From the human T2T-CHM13v2.0 reference genome, Homo sapiens: 64,000 nucleotides of DNA. The translations under genes and the position numbers were made by a program. Position 1 is the stretch's first letter. Each line of letters begins with the position of its first letter. Of the stretch, positions 1 to 11,750 are shown piece after piece. The stretch is from NCBI RefSeq assembly GCF_009914755.1, contig NC_060925.1; one strand, 5' to 3'. Below the pieces are notes generated by a model. That model was given only the letters and a program-made list of their open reading frames with translations, made no database searches and was not told the origin of the DNA.

Positions 1-735
1 GAATGACTTTGTATTCTATAAATATTTTTTAAAATTATATCTTCACGTGTTGCTTCTTACAGAATTAAAAGGAAGAAACTTGTAGTCAGACTCATTGGAA
101 CATTTTCCGTGTTGGTTACTTGTTTTATAATTTTGAATATTATTTTAACATATTCAGAAAAATATAGATTTTATATATTAAATGTATCACTTTGTCTTTC
201 ATAGACTCTATCTTGACTCATATTCTTTGCCATTCTAAAGCCAGAGAGATAGTAATTTATATTTTCCTCTAGTTCTGTATATTTGTGCTTATCTTCACGT
301 TTAAATTTTTCATTAATTTGAAAATTATTTTGGTGCATTGTGTATGATAAGGCTAAACTGTACTTTCTTCCAAATAGTGACAGCAACTAAATATTTGAGG
401 CAAATAATCTTCAAATATAAAAATACCAGTACACCATTTGTTGTTTTGTTTTTCTTAATTTCCTCCCTGGAAAGTAGGAAAAGTTTTCCTTATTGGTTTT
501 TTATTCAAGGTGTGATTTTAAAAAATCCATTTTTTATAAGCAACTTTTATTCTGAATTGTATTTTTGGCCCATGTGGGGGTGTTGGTGCTATGACTAAGA
601 TTAGATGTTTCTATGGCTGCAGATTACTTTTTTTTTTAAGAGACAGGAACTTGCCTTTATCTTTCAAGTCCTATACAAAAGGCCTAGCAACTGGTTCACT
701 GTGTCCTATAAATACATTTTACTGACACTTTGTAG

Positions 736-996
736 TGGATATTCAAACAGGAAGTGGAGAACCAGGAACTAGAAAAAAATAGTCGTCCTAAATCTGCTGT
801 TCAGAGATTAACACCAACAAAAAGGACCATGACAGTTCTTTACTTTTTCTTTGAATTGCAATCTTTTATGTTCCAACCACATAGAGATGGGAAAAGAAGT
901 TTTAGGCCTTATGGGGAATTTTCTGATGAAAAGTTTTTAGAGGACTTTGGTACAGAGCTGCTTAATGAAGTGAAAAAAGATTTAGGCCGTTTCTGA
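736..996 (+). other. Weak candidate exon: 86-codon open frame (WIFKQEVENQ...EVKKDLGRF*) behind possible splice acceptors
   Basis: Non-repetitive. AG at 734-735 and 749-750 are both in frame (phase 0), with TACTGAC at 720-726. There is a further pyrimidine-preceded AG at 883-884, TGA at 994-996 and AATAAA at 1233 and 1514. Protein not recognised. Confidence 0.2.
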
Positions 997-1156
997 AGGC
1001 CTGCAGTGAAAACAAAAGCGTCACAGTGATTTAAAAGTTGGGGGCATTTTAGCAGATTTATATAAGGGCTGATACTGTCCCATTATTGCAGGATGATCTC
1101 ATTCTAAGTGGACTGAATGGGGTACTGATTCTGTTTTGGATCGGTAGGCCTGTGTG

Positions 1157-1535
1157 GTGAGTGGACTCTACTGTGTGTTCTTCAGAGTGTAAGGGTCTTT
1201 ATGGAAATGATGGTTTAATTTAAATGTGATAGAATAAATAGAAAATAGAAATTGTCAAAAGAGGCCATGGAATGCTGGAAAGCTTTTATACATATTTATA
1301 ATGTCCTCTAATGCCTATGTGGCATGAAGAAATAGAACTAGGAGGAGTGAGTGTACTCTGCTATGTGCTCTTCAGAGTGTAGGGGTCTTTATGGAAATGA
1401 TGATTTAATTTAAATGTGACAGAATAAGTAGAAATTGTCAAAAGAGGCTGTGGAATGCTGGAAAGACTTCATACATATTTATAATGTCGTCTAATGCGTA
1501 CATGGCATGAAGAAATAAAAATAGGAGAAGTGAGT
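1157..1535. repeat. Diverged two-copy tandem duplication (190-bp and 183-bp units)
   Basis: 1157-1346 and 1347-1529 align end to end. Each starts GTGAGT, and a third GTGAGT follows at 1530. Confidence 0.95.
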
Positions 1536-1623
1536 AGTGGTTACTCCAATTGATTTTTGCTTCTAAATATCATTTCCATCTATCTTACCTATTCACATAT
1601 ATTACTACTGCTTTACTGTGGAC

Positions 1624-1881
1624 CAGGGATTGGCAAACCTTTTCTGAAAAGGGCCAAATACTAAATATTTTAGGTTTTACAGGCAAAACGACCAAATACT
1701 AAATATTTTAGGTTTTACAGGCCATATGGTCTCTGTTGCAACTCAACTCTGCTGTTATAGTATGATTACAACCTAGACAATATGTTAACAAACTGTTGTG
1801 GCTGTGTTCTAATAATACTTTATTTGCAAAAACAGGTGGTGGGCCTGGTTAGGCCTGTGAGCTATGAAATGCTGTCTCCTG
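1624..1881 (+). mobile_element. MER58A-like hAT-Charlie MITE with internal 31-bp duplication
   Basis: cagggattggcaaac...ggccatatggtctctgttgcaactcaactctg...ctttatttgcaaaaacagg matches the recalled MER58A consensus. 1654-1684 is identical to 1692-1722. Confidence 0.85.
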
Positions 1882-2391
1882 ACTGAGACCTGTGACATAT
1901 CTCACCAGGAGTTTTGTAATGGCTTCTCTTATTTATGATGAGTTCACTTCATTTCAGTTCCATAATCATTTATTGTTTTAGGCATTCACAATGCAAGCAT
2001 CCTGTCCTTGAAGAAGTCCAGAGAAAACATAGATGTGAAAGCCCACAACATGAAAGGAACGAGGTAGGGTTGCTCTCTTTATTGCTGGCAGGTTGGCTTT
2101 CTAAAAGAGATTATCATTTGTCTCTTCTGCTAAAACTCATTTAGTTGTACCTTGTGCCATCATCACAACTTTTTAGTGAGGCAAGTTTGTCTTTCATTAT
2201 TTGATGATCTTGCCTATAACCATCTTCCTAAACTCATCTTTTCCATTTTTCTACTTCCACACCTTAAGTTCTAACCACCACAAAACATAGTACTAGCTAC
2301 AGAACAACATACACCATCATGCTCTTTTACACTCTGTGCTTTTGCATATGCTGTCTTGGAATGACCTCCCTTTGTTATTCCCACATCCAAC

Positions 2392-2996
2392 AAAAGGAAG
2401 AATTTTCTAACCAAGTTTCTGAGGATTGTAATGGACTACTTCGTTGGGTGGAGGAGAGGGAGTTATGGGGAGTTCTTTCTCACTTGAAGGTATTCAAGCA
2501 GGGATTGGCCAAATACTTGGCAGATTTATCAATGTTGTTAGAGCCTTGCCCTTTAGCAGGCCCTGAAACCAACCCCGGCTGCTACAGGTGTTGGCTGCTA
2601 ATGACACACACCTGTAGTTTTTTTCTGAGGATTTTCCTAAGCTGATAGGAGCCACCTTCCATGGAGATGCCTTTAGCCCTCTCCCCTCTTTCTCCCTTTA
2701 CGCTTTCCCTTAACTCCAGGCAGCCAATGACTGCCTGATGTGGGGGTGTAACAGCCCAGTAACCTTGCTGTTGGAAAGACCAGCTCTGATATAAAAGCCC
2801 CCCAGAGGACCAGGCTGTGACTGAAATTCTCCTGAAACCACATGTATGCCTAATTTCTTCCTCTGTCCTGTCCTGCTTCACACCCTTGCAGGTTTCTTCT
2901 GAGAACATTTTTTTAATGAATCACTTATAAAAGAATCTTAGAAGAGCAGTAAGATTAAATGACTTTTAAGATTTCATATTCATCTACATGATTCTG
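2392..2996 (+). mobile_element. L3/CR1 3' fragment split by an LTR
   Basis: aggaagaattttctaac...tcacttgaaggtattcaagcaggga (about 2395-2530) and the tail gattaaatgacttttaag...atgattct (about 2950-2996) resemble the L3 3' end. Confidence 0.55.
2535..2940 (+). mobile_element. LTR16-like (ERVL) solo LTR
   Basis: cagccaatgactg, ctgtcctgtcctgcttc and aatgaatcacttataaaagaatc are typical of LTR16. CCAAT at about 2724 and TATAAAA at about 2790. Confidence 0.65.
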
Positions 2997-3014
2997 AGTA
3001 TGAAAAGAAGACAT

Positions 3015-3270
3015 TGCATGGTTGAGTTAAAAATATGAATTTTGAAATCAAACAGAATGGGCTTCAATCCTATCTGTATTACTTACTGGGCCACTTAGGT
3101 AATTTTAGCAGTCTCTAATTCTCAATGTTCTCATCCATAATCTGGAAAATAACAGTATCTACCTCAAAGAGTTGTGAGGATTAAAAGAGATAATGCATAT
3201 ACGTTTAGCAATGTCTGGCCACAAAATATGTCCAATAACATTTAATACTTTTATGATCATCATCATCATT
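3015..3270 (+). mobile_element. MIR SINE
   Basis: MIR core and tail: ...aacagtatctacctcaaagagttgtgaggattaaaagagataatgca. Confidence 0.75.
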
Positions 3271-4148
3271 ATTATATTTTTCCAAATAGAAAATACAAAG
3301 GTGCTATTTTTTATTTGTTTTAATGCAATAAGAAAATTGTCTGGGTAAAGTAACAGGAACTGTGAAAAATGCATATGTTTGCATTTTGTTGTGTTTGATG
3401 AATATATTTGGTTTCCCCACTGAGGACAGTCTTGTCTATGTACTTTTAGCCAAGTTCATAGCATATGTTTATTAAATATTTATTTCTAAATATAAAGACA
3501 CATTGGATTGAAAAGGGATTTAAATTCTTCAGTTGTCAGCAAATGATGAGCAAAAGATTAAACTAAACATAATTGAATTTAAGAAGGGAAAAAATCCATG
3601 ATTTCTGCAAAAAGTGGGGCATTGTAATATGTCTAGTCTTGTTATGCCACACATATGTGACCCATGCAATATAGACTTTGCCATAGTCTAGAAATTACAC
3701 TCCCCTTCACTACCCAAATAACAAGTCTGATTCTCAAATACACTTGAAATCAGAAGTCCTGCCATTTTACCAGGTTCCCAACTCTAATCATGTCCTAGAA
3801 TTCTTGAGGAACATGTTCACTTCACATATTCCACAAAGCTGTCTGGATGTAGTTTGCTGTTTCACCCAGCTTTCTAGCTGTGGGCCTTTGCTCCAATGTT
3901 CTGCAAGTTACTTACTGGGGTCTTGGGAATGGTTCTTCCTATGCCGCTACTCTCCTCTAAACTACTTTGCTGCAAGTGGGGACACAATTTCATTCCTTAA
4001 TTTCCCACTGCATAATTGAGCCTGAACTGCAATGTCCATCTCAGGTTACTAAAGATTTATGGATGGGCAAAGAAGAATGAACAGTTAGGGCAGATTGCAT
4101 TTTCCTAAGATGGCCACACCATCCTACATGTTCTTCATGTGATGTGAT

Positions 4149-5124
4149 TGTATTAGTTTTTTATTGCTGAATAACAATTTACCAAAAATTTAGTGGTTTC
4201 AATAATACCCATTTATTATCTCTCACAGTTTCTGTTGATCAGAATCTAGGCATGCCTTAGCTGGGTTTTCTGCTTCAGGATCTCACCAGGTAATAATCAA
4301 GGCATTACCTGGACTACATTCTCATTTGGAGGTTTTGGATGGAAAGAAGTCACTTCCAAGCTTGCTCAGGTTTTTCCCTCTATAACTTTCAACTCTAGGC
4401 CTGAGCCTGTCAGTTCCTAAAAGCCACCTAGTTACTTGACATATGAACCTATCTACAGGCAGTTTACATCAAAGCAACTTGTTTCTTGAAGGCCAGGAGA
4501 ACTTTCCTTTCCAGTCTATCAAGATGAGTCTTATATGGCATATCATCCTGGCAGTGACATCACATCATCTTTGCTATATAACATACAAGTCTGCTTAGGC
4601 TGTCATAACAAAATACCATAGATTGAGTGACTTTATGACAGAAATTTATTTTCTCACAGTTCTGGAGGCCAGAAGTCCAAGATCAGGGTGGCACTATGGT
4701 TGGTTTCCGGTAAGGGCTCTCTTCCTGGCTTTCAGACTGCTACATTTTTGCAGTATTATCATTCCTTGGACACACAAAGAGAGAAAGAAATAGAGATTTC
4801 CAGTGTTCTTATAAGTACACTAATCTCATAATGAGTCTCCAACCTCATGATCTAATCATCCCCAATGGACCCGCCTTCAAATACCATCACATTGGGGGTT
4901 AGGGTTTCAACATATGAATTTTGAGTGAACAAAAAGATTCATTCCATAAAACATAGCCCAATTAACGGTGCAGCATAACACCACATTTATCTCATAACAT
5001 AATCTAATCAAGGTTTTTGCCATACTTTACAGTTTAGAGGCAAGTCTCTGGTTCTACTTTCAAGGAGAATGAATTACATAAGTGTGTGTCTCGGTGCAGT
5101 CACCTTAAAGTGTATTTGCTATAG
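4149..5124 (-). mobile_element. MLT1D/E-like MaLR LTR nested in the outer LTR
   Basis: tgtattagttttttattgctgaataac...atttattatctctcacagtttctg...cttccaagcttgctcagg. Interrupted at about 4582-4952. Confidence 0.7.
4582..4952 (-). mobile_element. MLT1A/A0-like MaLR LTR (innermost)
   Basis: gctgtcataacaaaataccatag...ctcacagttctggaggccagaagtccaagatcaggg...aataccatcacattgggggttagggtttcaacatatgaatttt. Confidence 0.8.
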
Positions 5125-7061
5125 TAATGTTTACACACTCTTCCATCAAGAGGCGGGGGCCGGTATGTTTCTTTCTGTTGAATGAATCCTTCTTTTTGAC
5201 TTGCTTCTGTTATGTAGGATGCAGTGGAAATGACGCTTTGTGACTTCTGAAGTTAGGTCAAAGGAGGTGGTATAATCCTTTACTCCCCTCATCTCAAACT
5301 CTTTCTTTCATTCTTTATCTGTTTCAGGACATATGTCCTTGGAATCATGAGCTGCTGTGAAAAAAGCCTATGACCCTGAAGCCACTATGTTGGAGAGACT
5401 TAATGGAAAGGCCCATTTGGAGAGGAGAGGCCATCAGTCAGAAGCAGGCATCAACTACCTGACATAGGAGGGTAGCTGTCTTTAGATGATTGCACTTCCT
5501 CATCTTTGAGTCTTCCATCTGAGACCGCAGACGTTATAAGGCATAGAAAAGCCACCTCTGTTGTACCCTGTTGGACTTCTTAATCCATAAAACCTAAGAG
5601 CAAAATAAATGGCTGCTTTATATTATACATGTTTATTAGTGTGAGAGCAATCTGTTATGTGACCATAGTAACTGAAGCAACAATGAAGAAAATAATTTAA
5701 AACTAGCTGATCTACTATACATAATGGTTCCCAGACTCATATACTAAGACTCTCCATAAGAAGTCTTCTACTGGCCATCTGTCTCCTTAGGGTCTGGCTT
5801 TCTACCATGTTGTAAAGACTGCTCTACTGCTCAGTTGGAATATCTTGAAGAGATCTTGCCACTTCCTATTTGAATTCAGGCCCTCAGAAAGGAAAAACAG
5901 CATCCTAAAGAAGAAAAAAATTCTAGATATTTGAAACATCACTGGCAATGAATACTTAGCCAATGACAGTCCATGGAAAGTGCCTGAGCACCTTAATAAT
6001 TCACAGCTTTTCATGCCATATGGGTTCCTTGCTTATTTTTACCTAGCCAAACTATGTTTTAAATTGTCTTATCCTAAAGTGAAAATGTGGTCTTCTCCTA
6101 GAGATGAGTAGAATCTTTAATGTTTAGAGAAATAGAAAAGCTATTGACTGCTTTAAAAATGGCATGTTTTTTCATTTTTCAAAAATATTAAGGTCAATAC
6201 TCAAACATAAAACCTAATGATTTCTATTCTATTCAAGAAGGTGGATTTGGAAGAGGTCAAGAGACCATTTCACTTTAAGGCACATTGCTTTTCTTGCTAT
6301 CAATCTAAGGGTGGGTGACAGGAAGAGATGAGATGTTCAAAAGAGACTTACCCTATTCTATATTAAAGAAAGTAAGAGATGTGAATGGAGCAGTATCCCA
6401 AAATTAAGGGGAAGCTGCTGGTTTTGTTGTCATAAAATAAGAAGAATGAAATTCAGCAAACAATCCACATTCTTCAACTAAATTATTCCTGAAGGGCATT
6501 TGCTTTTTAAAGCTTTAAACATCAAATATAGTTTTCTGGGAGTTTTTCTTCATTTTTTTAGTAATGGATTGTCACCTTGTCATCTGTCTCTCAGACCACT
6601 CTTCTTTAGTAGTTTGTGAAACCAGAGAAAGTATCACTTAAATTATTTGTCCTTGTGTATCTTATTTTCAAAAGCAGGATTCCAGGGGCAGTTGGGAGAT
6701 AAAAGAAAAAAATCTATATCTCTTATGTTCTATTAAATCACTGGATCACTTGTTTTTGTCAACAATAACACCATCTGGTCTGTTAAAAATTGATTTAATA
6801 AATATGCTATGTGACATCAACTGCCCAGACAGATTTGCTCAAGGGACTAATGCCCAGAGTTTGAGAATCTTTGCAGGACTCATTAGTATACATTTGATGG
6901 AGGAATGCCCTCTGAATTCCAGGTGCCCATAGGGGATTTGCATATCATAGAGCTGAGGGGTTGTCCTCAGAGAATTACAGTCTGATCCTTTTCCTTAATA
7001 TTTGTTCCCCTGTAGGGTCACTTGTCAGCCTCCTTTGCTCTTGAAGAGGGTGAGTCATTTT

Positions 7062-7280
7062 TTTTTCTTTTTTTCTGGAGACGGGGTCTTGCTTTGTCAC
7101 CCAGGCTGAAGGGGAGTCGTGCAATCACGGCTCACTGCAGCCTTGACCTCTGAGGGCTCAAGTAATCCTCCCACCTCAGCCTCTTGAGCAGCTGAAGTCA
7201 CAGGTGCGTGCCACCACTCCTGGATCATTTATTTTTATTCTTATTTTTTTGTAGACAGGGTCTCTCTATGTTGCCCAGGC
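7062..7280 (-). mobile_element. 5'-truncated AluJ-like with 11-bp TSD TGAGTCATTTT
   Basis: Alu right arm plus partial left arm. TSD at 7051-7061 and 7281-7291. Confidence 0.9.
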
Positions 7281-9284
7281 TGAGTCATTTTGATTAAACA
7301 TGCAGGTCTCTGCTTTAGAGACACCTTTGCATTTTTTTTTGTTAGGAAAACTACTATCCTGAAGATTGTTGATTCTATCATTTATCCAAAAAAATGAGAT
7401 TCTGATTAGTCCAAACACAGAAGTCCCTGCAGTAACAGCAGGGTTGTGACCTGCATCACAATAAAAATAGCATTCAATATACCTGCTGCAGATAATTTCT
7501 AGCAAAGAATTTGTACTTTATAATTCTATTTTCATTTTATCAGTTCGTCTGTGAATTTTATCAATAGCATTTTAATCCTTCCTACTTTCTAAAGGACTAG
7601 AGTTTTGACCAATCTGAAGATCTTTGAGGGAAAGGTTCAAGATTTTTGCTAATACAGAGCTGTTTCAGCATGTTAGCCAGGATTAATCAGCCCTTCACAG
7701 GAAATGTTTTCTTATTAAAGAGGAAATCTCACCTGTTTTGGTCACTTACCTTGCAAACAAACTTTCTTTTTCATAGGAGAAAAGCCTGGTGTGATTCCAG
7801 GGTTTCATTTTCCCTGCTTTCTTTCTTTCCACATGCTTATTTTTTGCTCAATTTTCAATACGCTACTCACAGTCATCTCTTCATTTATTCCTTTTCTAAT
7901 TTCTCCAGAGGATTAGTTGTTTCCTCTTAAGTTTCACATGTTTCCATATGAGGAACCAATCTTTATTATAATGCTTAACACAATGTCTAATACAATTATC
8001 TCTTTATGTGTTTTTTTTTAAATAAAAGTGAACCTAAATATTGAGGACTATGTCTCTTTTTCTCACATTTCTATGCGTCTAGCATAATAGTATACATTTT
8101 CTGAATGTTTCTTACATGAAAAAAATTCCTTTGGTGCAAAAGACTCTTGCAGATTATTTGCTTCCTAACACAGAAGTTTTCTTCTTTACAGTGGATTTCC
8201 ATGCCCTAGTGTGATTCTTTTTGTTTCAGTGTGGTTTGAATTTTTCTGTGTGCATTGTCATTTTCTTATTCAAATATAATTAACTGGCAGCACAGTTAAC
8301 ACTAATAACAAAATGAGTAATTAGTGTGATGTTTGCTAATGATGTTCAGTTTAACTGCCACCCTGCCTTTATTTTTGTTACTAATGGACCTTGTACTTAT
8401 CATGATTCTCTACTATAAACTCTATCAAGAGAAGTATACCGGAAGAGCAGGCATATACGCCTATACTTTTTACCCAGAGGGAAGGACTAGACTAAGGTTG
8501 CACATAGTCTTTTGATGTTCTGTACTGTATTGTATTCTCATCAATATTGTAGACATAAAGTCTGTTCTCATCAAGAAATAATGCAGCAATGGTCTTATGT
8601 AGCAATCAAGCATCTCATTAAATTCTGTAGACAATTCTTCAGCAATCAGATGTTTAAAAGAATTTAGGTCTATGTAAAAGATATCAGACACTTTTTACCT
8701 CTTATTTTTTTCTCTGTTGCTTCAAATATAGATCTCAAATACAAAGTAATGTACTTTTAAAAAAAGGATTAATGAGATTTAGGGCAAATCTATTGCTAAA
8801 TTGTGCTCTTTATGTTTTTATATGAAATGGATGCTATTTCTTTAAGAACCAACTTTTATTTTTATTTTGGTTTAAGTTGTAATAGGACTTCCCTCCACAT
8901 AATTCCTTTTGTTGGGTTTTATATTCCATATCTAAGCAATTTTTATAGCATTTATTATGTTATGAACATGATTGTTTAAATTTTGTTGAAGATGACTTAC
9001 ATATATATATAAATCTATTTTCCATAGCTAGAGTGAACTTCTTTTGTGAAGAGGGATATAGCTTACATTTTTTCATAAAATATAAAAATATTTTATTATA
9101 TTTCTATTTTCAGCAGTGCTTATCATAATGCCTGCCCAAAGAAAACGTTCAATAAATACTTATTGATCAATTTATTAACTTTAGTTTCCAAGGGGTGTTT
9201 CAAGTCATAAGTGCTATTTTAAACTTACACTTTTATTTCTTTTTAATAAATACCATTTAGGATTTTTTTTTTCTGTGAGACCAC

Positions 9285-9470
9285 ATAATGTAATGGTTAA
9301 GAGCACAGTCTCTAGAGTCAGGCTACTTGGGTTTGAATCCTAATCCTACTATGTTTTGAACAAATTATTTATCTCTCAGTTCTTTAGTTTTCTTATCTAG
9401 ATAGAACTTACCCATGGAATTGTGAGAATTAAATGAGTTAAAATATATGTAATATATCCACAAAAAGAGC
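9285..9470 (+). mobile_element. MIR SINE
   Basis: gtaatggttaagagcacagtctctagagtcagg...gggtttgaatcct...ttgtgagaattaaatgagttaa. Confidence 0.8.
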
Positions 9471-9473
9471 TTG

Positions 9474-9548
9474 ATATATATATATATATATGTGTGTGTG
9501 TGTATGTGCCTGTGTATACATATACATACACATATATATGTATATATA
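9474..9548. repeat. Compound (TA)n(TG)n microsatellite
   Basis: Direct inspection. Confidence 0.9.
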
Positions 9549-10515
9549 AAAAAAGGATTCTGCAACTTCATAGGATTCTGGAACAATAGGGTTGAAAAGA
9601 ATTTTTGAAACCAGAATGGAAAGAAATAAGAACACGGTCAGAAGGCCTGGTTTGAGCTCAGTTGCGAGACTTCTGAAGTGACTTCATTTACATAACAAAC
9701 ATACTTATAACTTTGCTACTAACTTCAATGGTGTTTTAAGAGTTCAGATAGAAAAATGATAATCAAGATCACACTGTAAACAGTGAAGCACTGTTGGTAT
9801 GTTTGTGATCATTATTACCTCCACATGAGGAATTAAAGTCTACTTGATGGGCTTTGGCAAGTCACATTCTTTCAGTGCCTGTCTCACATCTGTAAAATGT
9901 GGATAATAATAGAACTCAGTTCATAGGACAGCTACAAGGATTAAATGAGTTAACACCTGTAAAAAGTGGAAAAAGTGTTTGTAGCAAATATGGGGTAATA
10001 AGGGTTATCTATTTATTATTTTTATGCATATCCAATAAACACTTGTGATCCAGTACTAGTCTGTGTATGTTTATAATGATTCCCGGGGGTATTGTTAAAA
10101 ATATTGACCTCTTTGCTAAAGGTTTGGATTGGTAGTTTTAGGGTAGATCTGAGAGAATGAATAAGAAAAATGTCTTGGAAAATTTCTTAGCTTGGTTTTC
10201 CTACATTGACATACATCTGGTTTTAAACTTCCTTATATCTGCACTGAGATCTATTATGGGTTATGTTAGTTTTCTTGTGTTACATATGCTTTTCCAATAT
10301 TGCTACATAAACAAAAACAAAGAACGTTCTCCATATAGGCAAAAATATATAAATAACAGGCTTAGCATATATCACACTTGGGGTTTGTTTCTTCTTCCAC
10401 TAGGGGATTATCTTTTAGTTTTGCATATACCCATTTGCTTCAATAAGGAAGAACCATGTAGCAGAGAAGCACTTAAGACAACTGTGCTTTTTAGTTCAAG
10501 GTGGTTTCCTATTCT

Positions 10516-11081
10516 TTTTTCTCCCCTCTTTTTAATTATAGTTTAAGTTCTAGGGTACATGTGCACAATGTGCAGGTTTGTTACATAGGTATACATGTGC
10601 CATGTTGGTGTGCTGCACCTGTTAACTCATCATTTACATTAGGTATTTCTTTTTTTTTATGCTTTAAGTTCTAGGGTACATGTGCACAAGGTGCAGGTTT
10701 GTTACATATGTATACATGTGCCAGGTTGGTGTGCTGCACCCATTAACTCGTCATTTACATTAGGTATATCTCCTAATGCTATCCCTCCCCCTCCCACCCC
10801 ACGACAGGCCCCAGTGTGTGATGTTCCCCTTCCTGTGTCCAAGTGTTCTCATTGTTCAATTCCCACCTATGAGTGAGAACATACGGTGTTTGTTTTTTTG
10901 TCCTTGCAATAGTTTGCTGAGAATGATGGTTTCCAGCTTCATCCATGTCCCTACAAAGGACATGAACTCATCCTTTTTTATGGCTGCATAGTATTCCATG
11001 GTGTATATGTGCCACATTTTCTTAATCCAGTCTATCATTGATGGACATTTGGATTGGTTCCAAGTCTTTGCTATTGTGAAT
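10516..11081 (-). mobile_element. 5'-truncated L1PA with two tandem 3' ends, flanked by one 17-bp TSD
   Basis: The L1 3' terminus occurs at about 10530-10650 and again at about 10651-11081. AGGTGGTTTCCTATTCT at 10499-10515 and 11082-11098. Confidence 0.92.
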
Positions 11082-11539
11082 AGGTGGTTTCCTATTCTAT
11101 GCTCAAATACATCTTCACAAAGACTAGTCTTGTTTAAACAGTATAAACTCTAAACCCATAATTTTCTAGGTACTAGAAGCCACCAGTTATGAGAGATTTC
11201 TTTATGAGTGGCAGGAGGGACTGCTTTATGTTTTTAATAAGAACAGTAAGACTAATTCTCCTCCTTGGAATTGTCTAATTTAAGGCTGTTCTTTCACTTG
11301 CCCTCTCAACATTGAATCATTCTTATTCTTAACACTTGAGGAATTTGGTAGAACTCATGACTAGCTTACAAGTCATGGAAACGTGAATATAGAAGTTATT
11401 TCTGCTTCAAAAATTACCTTGGTAAAATTATTGGCAGAGGATTTAGCAATACAGTGTTCTTGGATTCATCTTTGTATTCTTGCCATATAGTGAGTGGCTG
11501 GTACCTATTAAATCTCCAATAAATATTACATAAAGAATA

Positions 11540-11750
11540 TTAATGGCTTATATTTTGCCAGACATTATGCTAAGCATTTTATTTGCATTATCTCATTTAA
11601 TCTTCACCCAATAATGTCAGTACTGTTATTAACCTTATTTTACATAGGAAGAAACTGATATATAGAAAGTCTGAGTAACAGGTTCAACTTCTGAGAGCTA
11701 GTGAGTGACAGAAACTCTGAGTCTTTTATTATTCCAGAGATTAGCTCTAA
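11540..11750 (-). mobile_element. MIR SINE
   Basis: gctaagcattttatttgcattatctcatttaatcttcac...attttacataggaagaaactga. Confidence 0.75.

Larger units (their letters stand above)
4085..5680 (+). mobile_element. Old MLT1 (MLT1G/H-like) MaLR LTR split by nested LTRs (pieces about 4085-4148 and 5125-5680)
   Basis: ggcagattgcattttcctaagatggccac... resumes at acactcttccatcaagagg... and ends aataaatggctgc...atagtaactgaagca. Confidence 0.7.

Noticed and set aside
1157-1535. Repeated units as a CRISPR-like array
   Set aside because: There are only two long diverged copies with no repeat-spacer structure, and the context is eukaryotic.
8470-8691. Protein-like 73-aa minus-strand ORF (…FKHLIAEELSTEFNEMLDCY…)
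   Set aside because: It has a GTG start, no polypyrimidine acceptor upstream and no recognisable homology, and its length is compatible with chance.
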